From NCBI GenBank assembly GCA_002841885.1, contig PHBE01000018.1, positions 39,871 to 103,870 on the forward strand: 64,000 nt of DNA. Reading direction: 5' to 3'. Shown here one piece after another: positions 40,441 to 51,215 of the stretch. How positions within the stretch are numbered: position 1 is the first letter of the stretch; every line of letters begins with the position of its first letter. Below the pieces are notes generated by a model. That model worked only from the letters and a program-made list of their open reading frames with translations. It was not told the DNA's origin and did not search any database. Source of the stretch: Deltaproteobacteria bacterium HGW-Deltaproteobacteria-18. GTDB lineage: Bacteria; Desulfobacterota; Desulfovibrionia; Desulfovibrionales; Desulfomicrobiaceae. A program made the position numbers and the translations under genes.

Positions 40441-41595
40441 ATGCGCGAAAAATTTTTGGTTTTCGGGTCGCCACGAATCAGTGAGGATGAGATCGAAGAA
40501 GTCGTCTCCTGCCTGCGCAGCGGCTGGATCGGCACCGGTCCCCGGGTGGCCGAGTTCGAGCGGCGCTTTGCGGCCTACAAGGATGCCGAGCATTCCGTGG
40601 CCGTCAATTCCTGCACCGCCGCCCTGCATCTGAGCATCCTGGCTGCCGGGATCGGTCCCGGCGACGAGGTCATCACCACCCCGCTGACCTTTTGCGCCTC
40701 GGTCAATGCCATCATCCATGCCGGAGCCACTCCTGTCCTTGCCGACGTGGACCCCCGCAGCATGAATATCGACCCCCAGAGCGTGAAGGCCAGGATCACC
40801 TCCCGCACCAAAGCCATTCTGCCCGTGCATTTCGCGGGCCGGGCCTGCGACATGGATCCGCTCTGCGCTCTGGCGAACGACCACGGCCTGACGATCATCG
40901 AGGACTGCGCCCATGCCATCGAAACCGAATATCATGGGCGCAAGGCCGGGTGTTTCGGAGATTTCGGTTGCTTCAGTTTCTATGTTACCAAGAACATCAT
41001 CACCGGCGAGGGCGGGCTCATTCTGGCCAGGAAACCCGAGCATGCGGCCCGACTCAAGGTTCTGGCCTTGCACGGCATGTCCAGCGACGCCTGGAACCGT
41101 TTTGGAGATTCGGGCTACAAGCATTACCTCGTGACCGAAGCCGGTTTCAAATACAACATGATGGACTTGCAGGCGTCCCTGGGTCTGCGCCAGCTCGACA
41201 AGGTCGAGCCCTACTGGCAGCGGCGCGGGGCGATCTGGGCCCGCTACATGGAAGAGCTGTCGGATTTGCCGCTGACTTTGCCCGCGCCGGTTGAAGAGGA
41301 TACCCGGCACGCATATCACCTTTACTCGGTGATGGTGGATGAAGAGCGGGCCGGAATCAGCCGCGATGCCTTCCTGACGGCCATGACGGCCCGCAAGATC
41401 GGAGTCGGCGTGCACTATCTCTCCATCCCCGAGCATCCCTATTATCAGGAACGCTTCGGGTGGTCGCCGCAGGATTATCCCCATGCGCGTGATATCGGTC
41501 GCCAGACCGTGAGCCTGCCCATTTCGGCAAAGCTGACGGATGAGGATGTGAGTGATGTGATCGGTGCCGTGCGTCAGGTTCTGGCCAAATCCTGA
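40441..41595 (+). CDS. DegT/DnrJ/EryC1/StrS family PLP aminotransferase
   Basis: NSCTAALH, EDCAHA, FSFYVTKNI, GEGG, GFKYNM. Confidence 0.92.
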   Translation: MREKFLVFGSPRISEDEIEEVVSCLRSGWIGTGPRVAEFERRFAAYKDAEHSVAVNSCTAALHLSILAAGIGPGDEVITTPLTFCASVNAIIHAGATPVLADVDPRSMNIDPQSVKARITSRTKAILPVHFAGRACDMDPLCALANDHGLTIIEDCAHAIETEYHGRKAGCFGDFGCFSFYVTKNIITGEGGLILARKPEHAARLKVLALHGMSSDAWNRFGDSGYKHYLVTEAGFKYNMMDLQASLGLRQLDKVEPYWQRRGAIWARYMEELSDLPLTLPAPVEEDTRHAYHLYSVMVDEERAGISRDAFLTAMTARKIGVGVHYLSIPEHPYYQERFGWSPQDYPHARDIGRQTVSLPISAKLTDEDVSDVIGAVRQVLAKS

Positions 41596-41629
41596 ACCTG
41601 CGGCAGGGGTAATTTTGGTTTGAAATGAT

Positions 41630-41660
41630 GCAGAAAAGCCGGGTTAACCGGCTTTTCTGC
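41630..41660. terminator. Bidirectional terminator between the aminotransferase and rarD
   Basis: GCAGAAAAGCCGG-gttaa-CCGGCTTTTCTGC. Confidence 0.85.
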
Positions 41661-41667
41661 GTTTCTG

Positions 41668-42546
41668 TCACGCGGGGTGACGCAGTTTTCGCCCAAAACT
41701 CCAGCGTTCCAGCCAGAACAGCAGCACCGCCAGCCAGACCATGCCGAAGCCCGTGAACTGGGTGCGGGAGAAGGGTTCATGGTACATGAAGACGCCGATC
41801 AGGAACTGGATGGTCGGCGCGATATACTGCAGGATGCCGATCATGGACAGGGGAATGCGGTGCGCGGCGGCCGCAAACATGACCAGCGGTGCGGTGGTGA
41901 CCACGCCTGCGCCCATGAGCAGCAGGTCCGAGCCGCCTTCGGCGTGCAGGAACGCTCCCGTGCCCGAGAGTTCGCTCCAGCCAAGCCAGGCCAGGGCGGG
42001 GGCAAGGAGCAGCCCCGTCTCCAGGGTCAGGCCTTCAAAAGCGCCCAGCGGCGCCTTTTTTTTGACCAGTCCGTAGAGGCTGAAGGTTATGGCCAGGGTC
42101 AAGGCAATCCAGGGCAAGCGGCCGTAATCGAAGGTCAGATAGATCACGCCCGCCGCCGCCAGCCCCAGAGGCGCCCATTGCAGGGGTCGAAGCCTTTCGC
42201 GCATGAAGAAGACCCCAAGCAGCACCGAGAGCAGGGGGTTTATGAAATATCCAAGGCTCGCCTCCACGATATAGCCCGCGTTGACGCTCCAGACATAAAT
42301 GAACCAGTTCACGCCGATGAGCAGGCTGGCCAGGACATAGCTTCCCCATACGGATGGACTCAGGCTGCTGCGCAATCTCGCGATGCGCCGGGTCAGGACC
42401 AGAAAGATGGCCAGGACCACGAAAGACCACGTTATGCGGTGGCAGAGCAACTGGGAGGTGGGCACGTGGCCCAGAAGCTTCCAGTAGATGGGCAGCATGC
42501 CCCAGCTGGCGTAGGCTCCGATGGCGGCGACAATGCCCGGGTTCAT
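41668..42546 (-). CDS. rarD: EamA/DMT transporter, RarD family
   Basis: WGMLPIYWK, EASLGYFINPL, LQYIAPT; about 10 TM segments. Confidence 0.92.
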   Translation of the reverse strand: MNPGIVAAIGAYASWGMLPIYWKLLGHVPTSQLLCHRITWSFVVLAIFLVLTRRIARLRSSLSPSVWGSYVLASLLIGVNWFIYVWSVNAGYIVEASLGYFINPLLSVLLGVFFMRERLRPLQWAPLGLAAAGVIYLTFDYGRLPWIALTLAITFSLYGLVKKKAPLGAFEGLTLETGLLLAPALAWLGWSELSGTGAFLHAEGGSDLLLMGAGVVTTAPLVMFAAAAHRIPLSMIGILQYIAPTIQFLIGVFMYHEPFSRTQFTGFGMVWLAVLLFWLERWSFGRKLRHPA

Positions 42547-42599
42547 GCTGTTTTCCCCGTGGCGAAGCGAAAGGTGGACATGCGTGGCCTCTTTGACAC

Positions 42600-43361
42600 T
42601 CAGTGCCATTCAATATGGTTTGGTCCGAGCTGCCTCATCTGGGTTTGCACCCATTGCGCCCTTTGCCGCAGATAGGAGGACGGGCGGGCGGGCGAAAATC
42701 TGTCGGGGCTTGGCAGCACCGAGGCCAGAAGCGCCGCCTCGCGGGTGGTCAACCCGGCGGGAGTCTTGCCGAAGAATCGCTTGGCCGCTGCCCCCACTCC
42801 GTAGGTGCCGTCACCGAACTGGGCGATATTCAGGTAGACTTCCAAAATTCTTTCCTTGGACCAGAGAAGCTCGATCAGCACCGTGAGACCGGCTTCCAGG
42901 GCCTTGCGGACATAGCTGCGGCCGGACCACAGAAAAAGGTTTTTGGCCGTTTGCTGGGAGATGGTGCTTGCCCCGCGGACGTTCTGGCTCTTTTTGTTGT
43001 GCTTCACGGCTCGCGCGATGGCATCGAGGTCGAAGCCGAAATGGTTCGGGAAGTTCTGATCCTCCGCCGCCACCACGGCCAGCGCCATGTGCGCCGGAAT
43101 GCGCCGCATGGGCGTCCATTCGTGCATCACAGCGGGACCGGAAGCCGGATCAAGCAGCCGTTCCACCTGGCAGGTGATAATGAAGGCGCTGGTGGGCGGT
43201 GGAATGAAACGAAAGATCAGGATGACAACCACGATGCCCGGCAGGATCCAGCCGGCCGCCTGCAGGACGCGGCGAAGCGGGCCTCTTGATGCGGCGTGCT
43301 TTTTTGCGGATGTGCGCGACCCCCCGCGCCGGGGAGTGGAAGTGGTTGTCTTGCGTGCCAT
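42600..43361 (-). CDS. mtgA: Monofunctional peptidoglycan transglycosylase
   Basis: AAEDQNF..HFGFD, RGASTISQQTAKNLFL, SKERILEVYLN. Confidence 0.93.
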   Translation of the reverse strand: MARKTTTSTPRRGGSRTSAKKHAASRGPLRRVLQAAGWILPGIVVVILIFRFIPPPTSAFIITCQVERLLDPASGPAVMHEWTPMRRIPAHMALAVVAAEDQNFPNHFGFDLDAIARAVKHNKKSQNVRGASTISQQTAKNLFLWSGRSYVRKALEAGLTVLIELLWSKERILEVYLNIAQFGDGTYGVGAAAKRFFGKTPAGLTTREAALLASVLPSPDRFSPARPSSYLRQRAQWVQTQMRQLGPNHIEWH

Positions 43362-43472
43362 GTTGGAGCTAGTGGATTTGAAATGGATGGCGGCGTACCC
43401 GGCCACCGCTTGTGCGCCGGTGTCATGCCAAAGTCAATCCGCCTTGCGATCCGTCAAACAAAGGATGAATAC

Positions 43473-44078
43473 ATGAATGACCTGAACAATGAAACTCTGG
43501 CCACTATCCACGCCCGACACAGCATCCGTCAGTTCGCGCCGCGCGACCTGTCCGAGGATATGCTCATGGCCATGCTCGATGCCGCCAACCAGGCTCCTTC
43601 CGCGCATAACCGCCAGTCCTGGAAATTTGTCATTCTGGAAGGGGAGGCGAGAATCAATCTGGCTGACCTGGTCTCTTCGGCGTCCAAGACATTCCAGAAA
43701 CCGGCCTCGTCGCTATTGCGCATGGCCGCGCGCAGCATCGCTTCGGCTCCGGTGACCATCGCCGTGATCAACACCGGCGATCTGATCAGTCACGGCACGG
43801 AGCTTTTTCATGTCGACCGTGAGATGGCCTTTGATTTCTTTCGCACCATGGAGATCCAGAGCTCGGCCGCGGCCGTGGAGAATCTGCTGCTGGCCGCGAC
43901 GTCCATGGGTCTTGGCGCGGTGTGGCTTGGCATTCTCTATCTGATCAAGGACGAGATCCTGGCTTTTCTGCAGGAGCCCAAGGGCGAATTCATGGCCGTG
44001 ATCCCCGTGGGACATCCCGTGCGGCCGACCCAGGGACCAAGCAAGAAGCCTCTTCAGAACGTGATCAAGAAAATCTGA
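43473..44078 (+). CDS. Nitroreductase family flavoprotein
   Basis: [33 protein letters not shown]. Confidence 0.88.
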   Translation: MNDLNNETLATIHARHSIRQFAPRDLSEDMLMAMLDAANQAPSAHNRQSWKFVILEGEARINLADLVSSASKTFQKPASSLLRMAARSIASAPVTIAVINTGDLISHGTELFHVDREMAFDFFRTMEIQSSAAAVENLLLAATSMGLGAVWLGILYLIKDEILAFLQEPKGEFMAVIPVGHPVRPTQGPSKKPLQNVIKKI

Positions 44079-44101
44079 ACTTCGAAAAGGGGGAAGGGAG
44101 C

Positions 44102-45502
44102 ATGGCGCAAATGCGTATCGAGACCGACAGCATGGGACCAATCGAGGTGCCGGGGGATCGCTACTGGGGCGCGCAGACCCAGCGTTCCCTGAAATACTTC
44201 CGCATCGGCGGCGATCTCATGCCGCAGGAGATCATCCACGCCTTCGGCATCCTGAAGCTCGCTTCGGCCCAGGCCAATCTGGAGTTAGGCAAGCTGCCGT
44301 CCCATCTGGCCGAACCCATCATGGCAGCCTGCCGGAAAGTCGCGGACGGGAAGCTGGCCGGGCATTTTCCCCTGCATGTCTGGCAGACGGGCAGCGGCAC
44401 CCAAACCAACATGAACGTGAACGAGGTCGTCGCGAACCTGGCCATCGAGATGCTCGGCGGGGTGCTCGGCAGCAAGACGCCCGTGCATCCCAACGATCAC
44501 GTCAACATGTCTCAGTCGTCCAACGACACGTTCCCGGCGGCCATGCACATCGCATCGGCCCTCATGCTCACGGGCGAGGTGATTCCGGCCGTGACGGCCA
44601 TGCATGACGAACTGGCGCGCAAGGCCGGGGAGTGGGACGGCATCGTCAAGATCGGCCGCACCCATTTGCAGGACGCCGTACCCATGACCCTGGGGCAGGA
44701 GTTCTCGGGATATGCGGCCCTGCTGGAGGACAATCTGGAGCGGCTGCGGGGCTGTCTGCCGCATCTGTGCCGGCTGGCCCTGGGAGGGACGGCGGTGGGC
44801 ACGGGCCTTGGCGCACACCCGGATTTCGCCCGGGTGGCCACGGACCGGATTGCCGAACTTACGGGGCTGCCGTTCGTGCCTGCCCCGAATTTCTTCGCGG
44901 CCCTTTCGGCCCATGACGCGGTGGTCATGGCTTCGGGAGCCATGAAAACCCTGGCCGGGTCGCTGATGAAGATCGCCAACGACATCCGCTGGCTGGCCTC
45001 GGGCCCGCGCGCGGGGCTGGGCGAGCTGATCCTGCCCGCCAACGAGCCCGGCTCGTCCATAATGCCCGGCAAGGTCAACCCGACCCAGTCCGAGGCCATG
45101 GCCATGGTCGCGGTGCAGGTCATGGGGCTGGACGCGGCGGTGGGCATGGCCGGTTCCCAGGGCAATTTCGAGCTCAATGTCTTCAAGCCCGTCATGATCT
45201 TCAACCTGCTGACAGCCATGCGCCTGCTGACCGATGCCTGCGCAAGCTTCACCGCCCACGCGCTGACGGGTCTTGCGCCCGACGAGGCGGTCATCGCCAG
45301 CCATGTGGGAAATTCGCTCATGCTGGTCACGGCCCTATCGCCGGTCATCGGCTACGACAGGGCCGCCGAGGTGGCGCACAAGGCGCATGTGGAGGGCACA
45401 ACCCTGAAGGCGGCCTGCCTGGAACTGGGCTATCTGGACGGGGGGGCCTTCGACACCCTGGTCGATCCCATGCGGATGGCCAGGCCCCACGAGAAGGGTT
45501 GA
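44102..45502 (+). CDS. fumC: Class II fumarate hydratase
   Basis: [50 protein letters not shown]. Confidence 0.95.
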   Translation: MAQMRIETDSMGPIEVPGDRYWGAQTQRSLKYFRIGGDLMPQEIIHAFGILKLASAQANLELGKLPSHLAEPIMAACRKVADGKLAGHFPLHVWQTGSGTQTNMNVNEVVANLAIEMLGGVLGSKTPVHPNDHVNMSQSSNDTFPAAMHIASALMLTGEVIPAVTAMHDELARKAGEWDGIVKIGRTHLQDAVPMTLGQEFSGYAALLEDNLERLRGCLPHLCRLALGGTAVGTGLGAHPDFARVATDRIAELTGLPFVPAPNFFAALSAHDAVVMASGAMKTLAGSLMKIANDIRWLASGPRAGLGELILPANEPGSSIMPGKVNPTQSEAMAMVAVQVMGLDAAVGMAGSQGNFELNVFKPVMIFNLLTAMRLLTDACASFTAHALTGLAPDEAVIASHVGNSLMLVTALSPVIGYDRAAEVAHKAHVEGTTLKAACLELGYLDGGAFDTLVDPMRMARPHEKG

Positions 45503-45559
45503 CGGCCGTATTCCGATGCTCGGGATTCAGGCGCGGCAAGGAAGAAAGTCGTGAGACTG

Positions 45560-46327
45560 CTACGCCCCGTTTTTGTCCTTGAGAGTGAGTTCCGCCAGCC
45601 GGATATACTTATGGAAGGCGTAGAAGAATGAGTTGATCGCCAGCACGAAACCTGCCTTGCCGTCCAGAAAACCCCGCCGGAAGAAATAGATCTTCAAGAA
45701 TCTGGCCAGTCCGTGGCCCATTGCCGTGGCCACGCCCGCCCGTTTTCCCTTGGCGTGCATTTCTTCGGCGGCGATCTGCGTGTAGTAGTTGATCTTTTCC
45801 ACATGCTGCTTCAGGTTTTCGTAGGGGTAGTGGATGATGTCTCCGGCCAGGCGCCGGGTCTTTCCTTTCGTTTCAAACCCGTAGTGCGGCCCGGAGACAT
45901 GCACTCCCGTGTCGGCCAGCCTGAAGACGCGGGGCAGCAGGTCCGGATACCAGCCGCTGTGGCGCAGGAAGCGGTCGAAATAGTAGGAGGTGCGGGGGCA
46001 GAGAAAGGCGCTCGTGTTCCCCGGGTCCTGCAGCGCCTGGATGACGGACGCCCGCAGTTCGTCGGACAGGATCTCGTCCTGGTCCAGCGAGACCACCCAG
46101 GGGGTCTCGATGTGTCCGAAGGCGAACTCGAACTGCTTTTTGGGTCCGGGCCAGGGGTTGACCAGCACCTGGGCACCATGAGCGGCGGCGATGTCCGCCG
46201 TCGCGTCCGTGCTGCCCGAGTCCACGACCAGGATCCGGTCGCAGAAACTGAGGGACGCAAGACATGCGCCCAGATGCCGTGCTCCGTTCAGGGTCAGGAT
46301 CAGGCCTGTGACTTCCGGCTTAGCCAA
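45560..46327 (-). CDS. Family 2 glycosyltransferase (WaaE/KdtX-like)
   Basis: [27 protein letters not shown]; TTG start overlapping the tmk stop. Confidence 0.88.
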   Translation of the reverse strand: MAKPEVTGLILTLNGARHLGACLASLSFCDRILVVDSGSTDATADIAAAHGAQVLVNPWPGPKKQFEFAFGHIETPWVVSLDQDEILSDELRASVIQALQDPGNTSAFLCPRTSYYFDRFLRHSGWYPDLLPRVFRLADTGVHVSGPHYGFETKGKTRRLAGDIIHYPYENLKQHVEKINYYTQIAAEEMHAKGKRAGVATAMGHGLARFLKIYFFRRGFLDGKAGFVLAINSFFYAFHKYIRLAELTLKDKNGA

Positions 46328-46955
46328 GGCCTTTCTCCTCCAGACCGCGCAGGATGGACTCGAACACGGCGTCCGGATTCCGGCCCGCGTCAACGACCAG
46401 AAAACGGCCGCGATGCAGGGCGGCCCAAGTCAGGTAGCCTTCACGGATGCGGGTGTGAAAGGCCATGCTTTCGGCTTCGAAGCGGCCCTCGGTGGCGGCC
46501 TTGTTGTCCTGCATGTTGCGGGTCAGGGCGCGCTTGAGGCCGATTTCCGGTTCCACGTCCAGCAGGATCGTCACGTCCGGCCAGAGCCCTTGCACGGCCA
46601 CGTCGTTCAGGTGGTGCAGGAGGCTCGGGTCCAGGCCGCGTCCGTAGCCCTGATAGACCACTGTGGAGTCGGCGAAGCGGTCGCAGATAACGGTCCGGCC
46701 GTCTTCCATGGCCGGACGGATGACCGAGGAGACGTGCTGGGCGCGGTCGGCCAGATAGAGAAAAAGTTCGCTGGTGGAGGACAGGTCGCTGTTCTTGGGA
46801 TCGAGCAGAATGCGTCTGAGCTCCTTGCCCAGGCGGCTGCCGCCGGGCTCAAGAGTGTGCAGGACATCGTGTCCCTGACGTACGAAATGTTCGATGAGTT
46901 TTTTGCACTGCGTGGATTTTCCGCAGCCCTCCATGCCTTCAAAAGTAAGAAACAT
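46320..46955 (-). CDS. tmk: Thymidylate kinase
   Basis: [30 protein letters not shown]. Confidence 0.96.
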   Translation of the reverse strand: MFLTFEGMEGCGKSTQCKKLIEHFVRQGHDVLHTLEPGGSRLGKELRRILLDPKNSDLSSTSELFLYLADRAQHVSSVIRPAMEDGRTVICDRFADSTVVYQGYGRGLDPSLLHHLNDVAVQGLWPDVTILLDVEPEIGLKRALTRNMQDNKAATEGRFEAESMAFHTRIREGYLTWAALHRGRFLVVDAGRNPDAVFESILRGLEEKGLG

Positions 46956-46964
46956 GCCTCCTCC

Positions 46965-48050
46965 TCACTGGTTGCCGGATGTTGCGGTGATGCCCATGGC
47001 CTTTAAAAGGGGCGATTCCTCGGATTTGGGCGCCGCTTTTTTGGGCGTTTTGGGCTGCGGTTCTGCTGTCCTGGCCGCAACCGGCGTGCGCATGGGCTGG
47101 TACAGGTAGCGACCAAGGGTGCGGTGATATTCGCTCCAGCCGCTGACTTCCTCGCCGTCGGGGGCGGTCAGAGCTCCATGCACGGTATTGATCTTGGCGT
47201 CCAGATTGTCCGCGTAGTGCAGGACGAAGGCTTCCGCGGTCTGGGGCAGACAGGGAGAACCAAAGGCCAGCTCGCCATGATGTGCGACGATGAGATGCTT
47301 CAGGTGCATGGCCAGCTCTTCAGGAAGGTCCTTGGTCTTGCGCAGAAAAGGCTCCAGGACCTCCAGCCCGATCTGGATGTGCCCCAGCAAACGTCCGGCA
47401 TCGGTGTATTCGCGGCTTATGCCGTGCGAGAGTTCGAAGGCCTTGCCCAGATCGTGGAAAAGCGCGGCCACGAGCAGGATCTCCCGGTCGATCCCCGGAT
47501 AGAGCCGGGACAAGGAACTGCAGATGCGCATGATGGCCAGGGTGTGCTCAAGGAGCCCTCCGGCGTAGGCATGGTGGATGGCCTTGGCTCCGGGCGCGCT
47601 CAAAAGGGACGTGCGGATGCGCTCGTCGTGCAGCACGCTTTTGCACAGGGCCTTCCATGGCTTGAAGGTCAGCTCGGAGCCGAGGAACTCTTCCATTTCC
47701 AGCAGAAGCTCCTCCGGGGGAATGGCTGAGGAAGGCAGGAAGTCGGCCATGTCCAGGCCCGCTTCGCGCGGGTCGATGACGCCCATGTCGTTGACGTTCA
47801 TCTGCAGCTGGTCCTTGAAAGAGGCCACCTGGCCGCTTACGGCCACGAATTGCTCCGCCTGCAGGGCTTCGAATTGCTGACTTTGGGGATACCAGATTCT
47901 GGCCTCGATGTTGCCGGTACGGTCGGTCAGGGTCAGTTGCCAGTAGGGGCCGTTCTTGGCTTCCTTGCGCTGGGCCTTGGAAAGGGCAAACACCTCGGAA
48001 ATCGAATTTCCTTCAGCCAAATCGCGTACGTATGTTTTTTTGTGCTTCAT
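46965..48050 (-). CDS. YhaM family OB-fold/HD 3'-5' exoribonuclease
   Basis: N-terminal OB fold; HHAYAGGLLEHT, FHDLGK, LLGHI, HHG, ADNLDAK. Confidence 0.88.
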   Translation of the reverse strand: MKHKKTYVRDLAEGNSISEVFALSKAQRKEAKNGPYWQLTLTDRTGNIEARIWYPQSQQFEALQAEQFVAVSGQVASFKDQLQMNVNDMGVIDPREAGLDMADFLPSSAIPPEELLLEMEEFLGSELTFKPWKALCKSVLHDERIRTSLLSAPGAKAIHHAYAGGLLEHTLAIMRICSSLSRLYPGIDREILLVAALFHDLGKAFELSHGISREYTDAGRLLGHIQIGLEVLEPFLRKTKDLPEELAMHLKHLIVAHHGELAFGSPCLPQTAEAFVLHYADNLDAKINTVHGALTAPDGEEVSGWSEYHRTLGRYLYQPMRTPVAARTAEPQPKTPKKAAPKSEESPLLKAMGITATSGNQ

Positions 48051-48298
48051 TAAGTTGCTATTCCTGCATGCATGAGGTAATGGCGCAAACGAAGGCGATG
48101 TCGATATTTTCTAAGATAATTGGGCAGTTGCACAATATTCAAAAGACTTTCGCGTGCTCGTTTCCCACTTCGTCTACAGGCAAGTTTTCAACTTTGGCAA
48201 GAGGCCGGACGTATCCGGCCGGATTGACGACCAGAATTGGCGGGGCGTGTCCTTTTTTCATACCCACGAAAGAAACCCCAACACTTTATCGAGCGGTT

Positions 48299-48643
48299 AT
48301 GTCCAAAAAGAAAGGTCAAGCAAAGGTGACGATTTATCCGGATTGGTGTAAAGGCTGTGGGATATGCGCGGCTTTTTGCCCGTCCAAGGTGCTCGAACTC
48401 TGGCCGGACGGCAAGGCACATGTGGTGCGTGAGGAAGACTGCGTGAATTGCGGATTCTGCGAGCTGCATTGCCCGGATTTCGCGATCTCCGTTACCCCCA
48501 AGGAGGTCAGCCGCAGAAAGACCGACGCGTTCGATGCCGCCAAGGGCGGGCCTCTGGACCCGTCTGCCGGCACCGACCCAGGTCCGGAGGAAAATGTTGG
48601 AACACCTAACCGGGAAGACGAACATGGCGACAAAAAAGCGTAA
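48299..48643 (+). CDS. korD: 2-oxoacid:ferredoxin oxidoreductase delta subunit (2x[4Fe-4S])
   Basis: CKGCGICAAFCP and CVNCGFCELHCP; first gene of the operon. Confidence 0.85.
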   Translation: MSKKKGQAKVTIYPDWCKGCGICAAFCPSKVLELWPDGKAHVVREEDCVNCGFCELHCPDFAISVTPKEVSRRKTDAFDAAKGGPLDPSAGTDPGPEENVGTPNREDEHGDKKA

Positions 48644-49772
48644 GAGAACGGAAATATTCGCACTCGGCAATGAAGCGGTGGTCGAGGGAGCCCTCCTGGC
48701 TGGTTGCAACTTCTATGCGGGCTACCCCATAACCCCGTCCACGGAAATCGCCGAGGTCATGTCCGCGCGGCTGCCTCTGGTCAAGGACGGGGTGTTCATC
48801 CAGATGGAGGACGAGATCGCCAGCATGGGCGCCATCATCGGTGCGTCCCTGGCCGGCCGCAAGGCCATGACCGCCACCTCCGGGCCGGGCTTTTCCCTCA
48901 TGCAGGAGAATCTGGGCTACGCGTGCATGACCGAGGTGCCCCTGGTCGTGGTCAACGTCATGCGCGGAGGGCCCAGCACCGGCCTGCCGACCAGTCCGGC
49001 CCAAGGCGATGTACAGCAGGCCCGCTGGGGCTGTCACGGGGACCATCCCATCATCGTCCTTTCGGCCAGCGACGTTCAGGAATGCCTGGAAATGACCGTC
49101 GTGGCCTTCAATTTCGCCGAAAAATACCGCACGCCCGTCATCCTGCTGCTCGACGAGATCACGGCCCACACCCGGGAAAAGATCTCCATTCCCGGTCCCG
49201 AGGATTTTGAGATCCTGGCCCGCGTGACCCCTTCCATGCCGCCGGAGTGGTACGTTTCCTACGAGGAAACCATGCGCGGGGTTCCGGCCCTGCCGCCCCT
49301 CGGTTCCGGGTACCGTTTTCATGTCACGGGCCTGACCCACGACCAGAACGGATTCCCCACGTCGAAGCCCGACGAGGTCAAGGCGCTGATGCACAGGCAG
49401 TTCCGCAAGATCGACCAGTTCTTCTACGACATCCAGCTTTTCGACGAGGTCAGCTGCGAGGATGCGGAGGTGGTCGTTTTGGCGTACGGTTGCGTGGCCC
49501 GTTCGGCCGAGCTTGCCGTGCACATGGCCCGCGAACGAGGGGTCAAGGCCGGGCTGCTGAAGCTCAAAACCCTCTTCCCCTTCCCCAAGACGGCAGTGCA
49601 ATCCCTGGCGCGGCAGTGCAAGGCGCTCATCGTGCCGGAGATGAACATGGGGCAGATCTCGCGCGAGGTGAAGCGGGTCAACAACGGCCTGACCCACGTC
49701 ATCACCAACAACCGCGTTGACGGCCAGATCATCACTCCCTCGGAAATCTTCAAAAATATCATGCAGGCGTGA
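48624..49772 (+). CDS. korA: 2-oxoacid:ferredoxin oxidoreductase alpha subunit
   Basis: GYPITPSTE, QMEDEIAS, TSGPGFSL, RGGPSTG. Substrate specificity is not provable from sequence. Confidence 0.9.
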   Translation: MATKKRKRTEIFALGNEAVVEGALLAGCNFYAGYPITPSTEIAEVMSARLPLVKDGVFIQMEDEIASMGAIIGASLAGRKAMTATSGPGFSLMQENLGYACMTEVPLVVVNVMRGGPSTGLPTSPAQGDVQQARWGCHGDHPIIVLSASDVQECLEMTVVAFNFAEKYRTPVILLLDEITAHTREKISIPGPEDFEILARVTPSMPPEWYVSYEETMRGVPALPPLGSGYRFHVTGLTHDQNGFPTSKPDEVKALMHRQFRKIDQFFYDIQLFDEVSCEDAEVVVLAYGCVARSAELAVHMARERGVKAGLLKLKTLFPFPKTAVQSLARQCKALIVPEMNMGQISREVKRVNNGLTHVITNNRVDGQIITPSEIFKNIMQA

Positions 49773-50611
49773 CCATGGCACAGGTAACACAACTCATTCA
49801 CGACTATCTCAGGCACAACAAGAAGTTTCCCCACGTCTACTGCGCGGGCTGCGGCCACGGCATCGTGCTCGGCTCCCTCATCCGCAGTGTGCATCGCCTG
49901 GGCTACGCCAAGGACGATGTCGTGCTCGTGGCCGGCATCGGCTGCTCCGGGCGCATGGCCGTGTACGTTGACTTCAACACCGTGCACACCACTCACGGCC
50001 GGGCCCTGACCTTCGCCACGGGCATCAAGATGGCCAACCCGGCGCTCAAGGTCATCGTGGTCATGGGCGACGGCGACGCCATGTCCATCGGCGGAAACCA
50101 TCTCATCCATGCGGCCAGGCGCAACATTGGCTTGACGGCGCTGGTGCTGAACAACAATATCTACGGCATGACCGGCGGCCAGGCTTCCCCGACCAGCCCC
50201 GAAGGGACCGTCTCCGCGACGTCGCCTTTCGGTCAGCTCGAACGCAGCTTCGACATCGTGGACATGGCCATGGCCAGCGGCGCCAGTTACGTGGCCCGCG
50301 GCACGGTGCTGCACGCCAACATGCTCGACGGGCTCATCTGCGACGCCCTGGAGAAACCGGGTTTCAACCTGGTCGAGATCCTGACCCCCTGCCATACCCA
50401 GTATGGCCGCAAGAACAAGTTCAAGACCGTGGTGGACATGTACCAGTGGTACAAGAAAAACACCGCCAAGCTTGATCGGTATGCCCAGCTCGCCCCGGAA
50501 GAGAAGGGAAAGTTCACGCCCATCGGAGTGTTCAGGGACGAGATGCGGCAGGGTCTGGAAGTGCGTTATGAGGAACTGCGCAACAAGCTTCAGGAGCAGC
50601 GAAATGCCTAA
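49769..50611 (+). CDS. korB: 2-oxoacid:ferredoxin oxidoreductase beta subunit
   Basis: CAGCG, GIGCS, HGRA, GDGD..IGGNH, NNNIYGMTGGQ. Confidence 0.9.
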   Translation: MTMAQVTQLIHDYLRHNKKFPHVYCAGCGHGIVLGSLIRSVHRLGYAKDDVVLVAGIGCSGRMAVYVDFNTVHTTHGRALTFATGIKMANPALKVIVVMGDGDAMSIGGNHLIHAARRNIGLTALVLNNNIYGMTGGQASPTSPEGTVSATSPFGQLERSFDIVDMAMASGASYVARGTVLHANMLDGLICDALEKPGFNLVEILTPCHTQYGRKNKFKTVVDMYQWYKKNTAKLDRYAQLAPEEKGKFTPIGVFRDEMRQGLEVRYEELRNKLQEQRNA

Positions 50612-51215
50612 GCAGCACGAACTGAATCGATTTGAAATACGGCTTTCCGGCACGGGCGGCCAGGGCATCCTGACCCTGGGCAAGATCATGGGCCAGGTGC
50701 TGGCCATAGATCACGGCTTTCACGTCACGCAGACCCAGAGCTACGGCCCCGAGGCCCGGGGCGGAGCGAGCCGGGCCGATCTGGTCATAAGCTCACACAG
50801 AATCAGCTATCCAAAGCCCGTGAATCTTGACATGCTCGTGGCTCTCAGTCAGGAGGCCTGCAACCTGTATTTTCGCAACCTGAAGCCCACCGGCTTCCTG
50901 TTGGTGGATACCTCGCTCGTGACCCAGACTCCTTCCAACATTTATTGGGGGCTGCCGTTCACGACAATGGCCCGGGATAAGATCGGCCTGCCCCAGACGA
51001 TGAACATAATCTGTCTTGGGGCGCTCAGTCACTTTTTGCCGTTCATGAATTTCGCCAACGTGAAAAAGGCCCTGGCATCGGTCCTGCCGGCCAAGATCCT
51101 GGACGTGAACGTCAAGGCTCTGACCCTTGGGCACAGTCAGGCCAAGAAACTTTATCCGGACGCACCCGAAAAATGGACATTCTCCTCACAAATGACGACG
51201 GAATCAGAGCAGTAG
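50604..51215 (+). CDS. korC: 2-oxoacid:ferredoxin oxidoreductase gamma subunit
   Basis: SGTGGQG, QSYGPEARGG, MNIICLG. Confidence 0.88.
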   Translation: MPKQHELNRFEIRLSGTGGQGILTLGKIMGQVLAIDHGFHVTQTQSYGPEARGGASRADLVISSHRISYPKPVNLDMLVALSQEACNLYFRNLKPTGFLLVDTSLVTQTPSNIYWGLPFTTMARDKIGLPQTMNIICLGALSHFLPFMNFANVKKALASVLPAKILDVNVKALTLGHSQAKKLYPDAPEKWTFSSQMTTESEQ

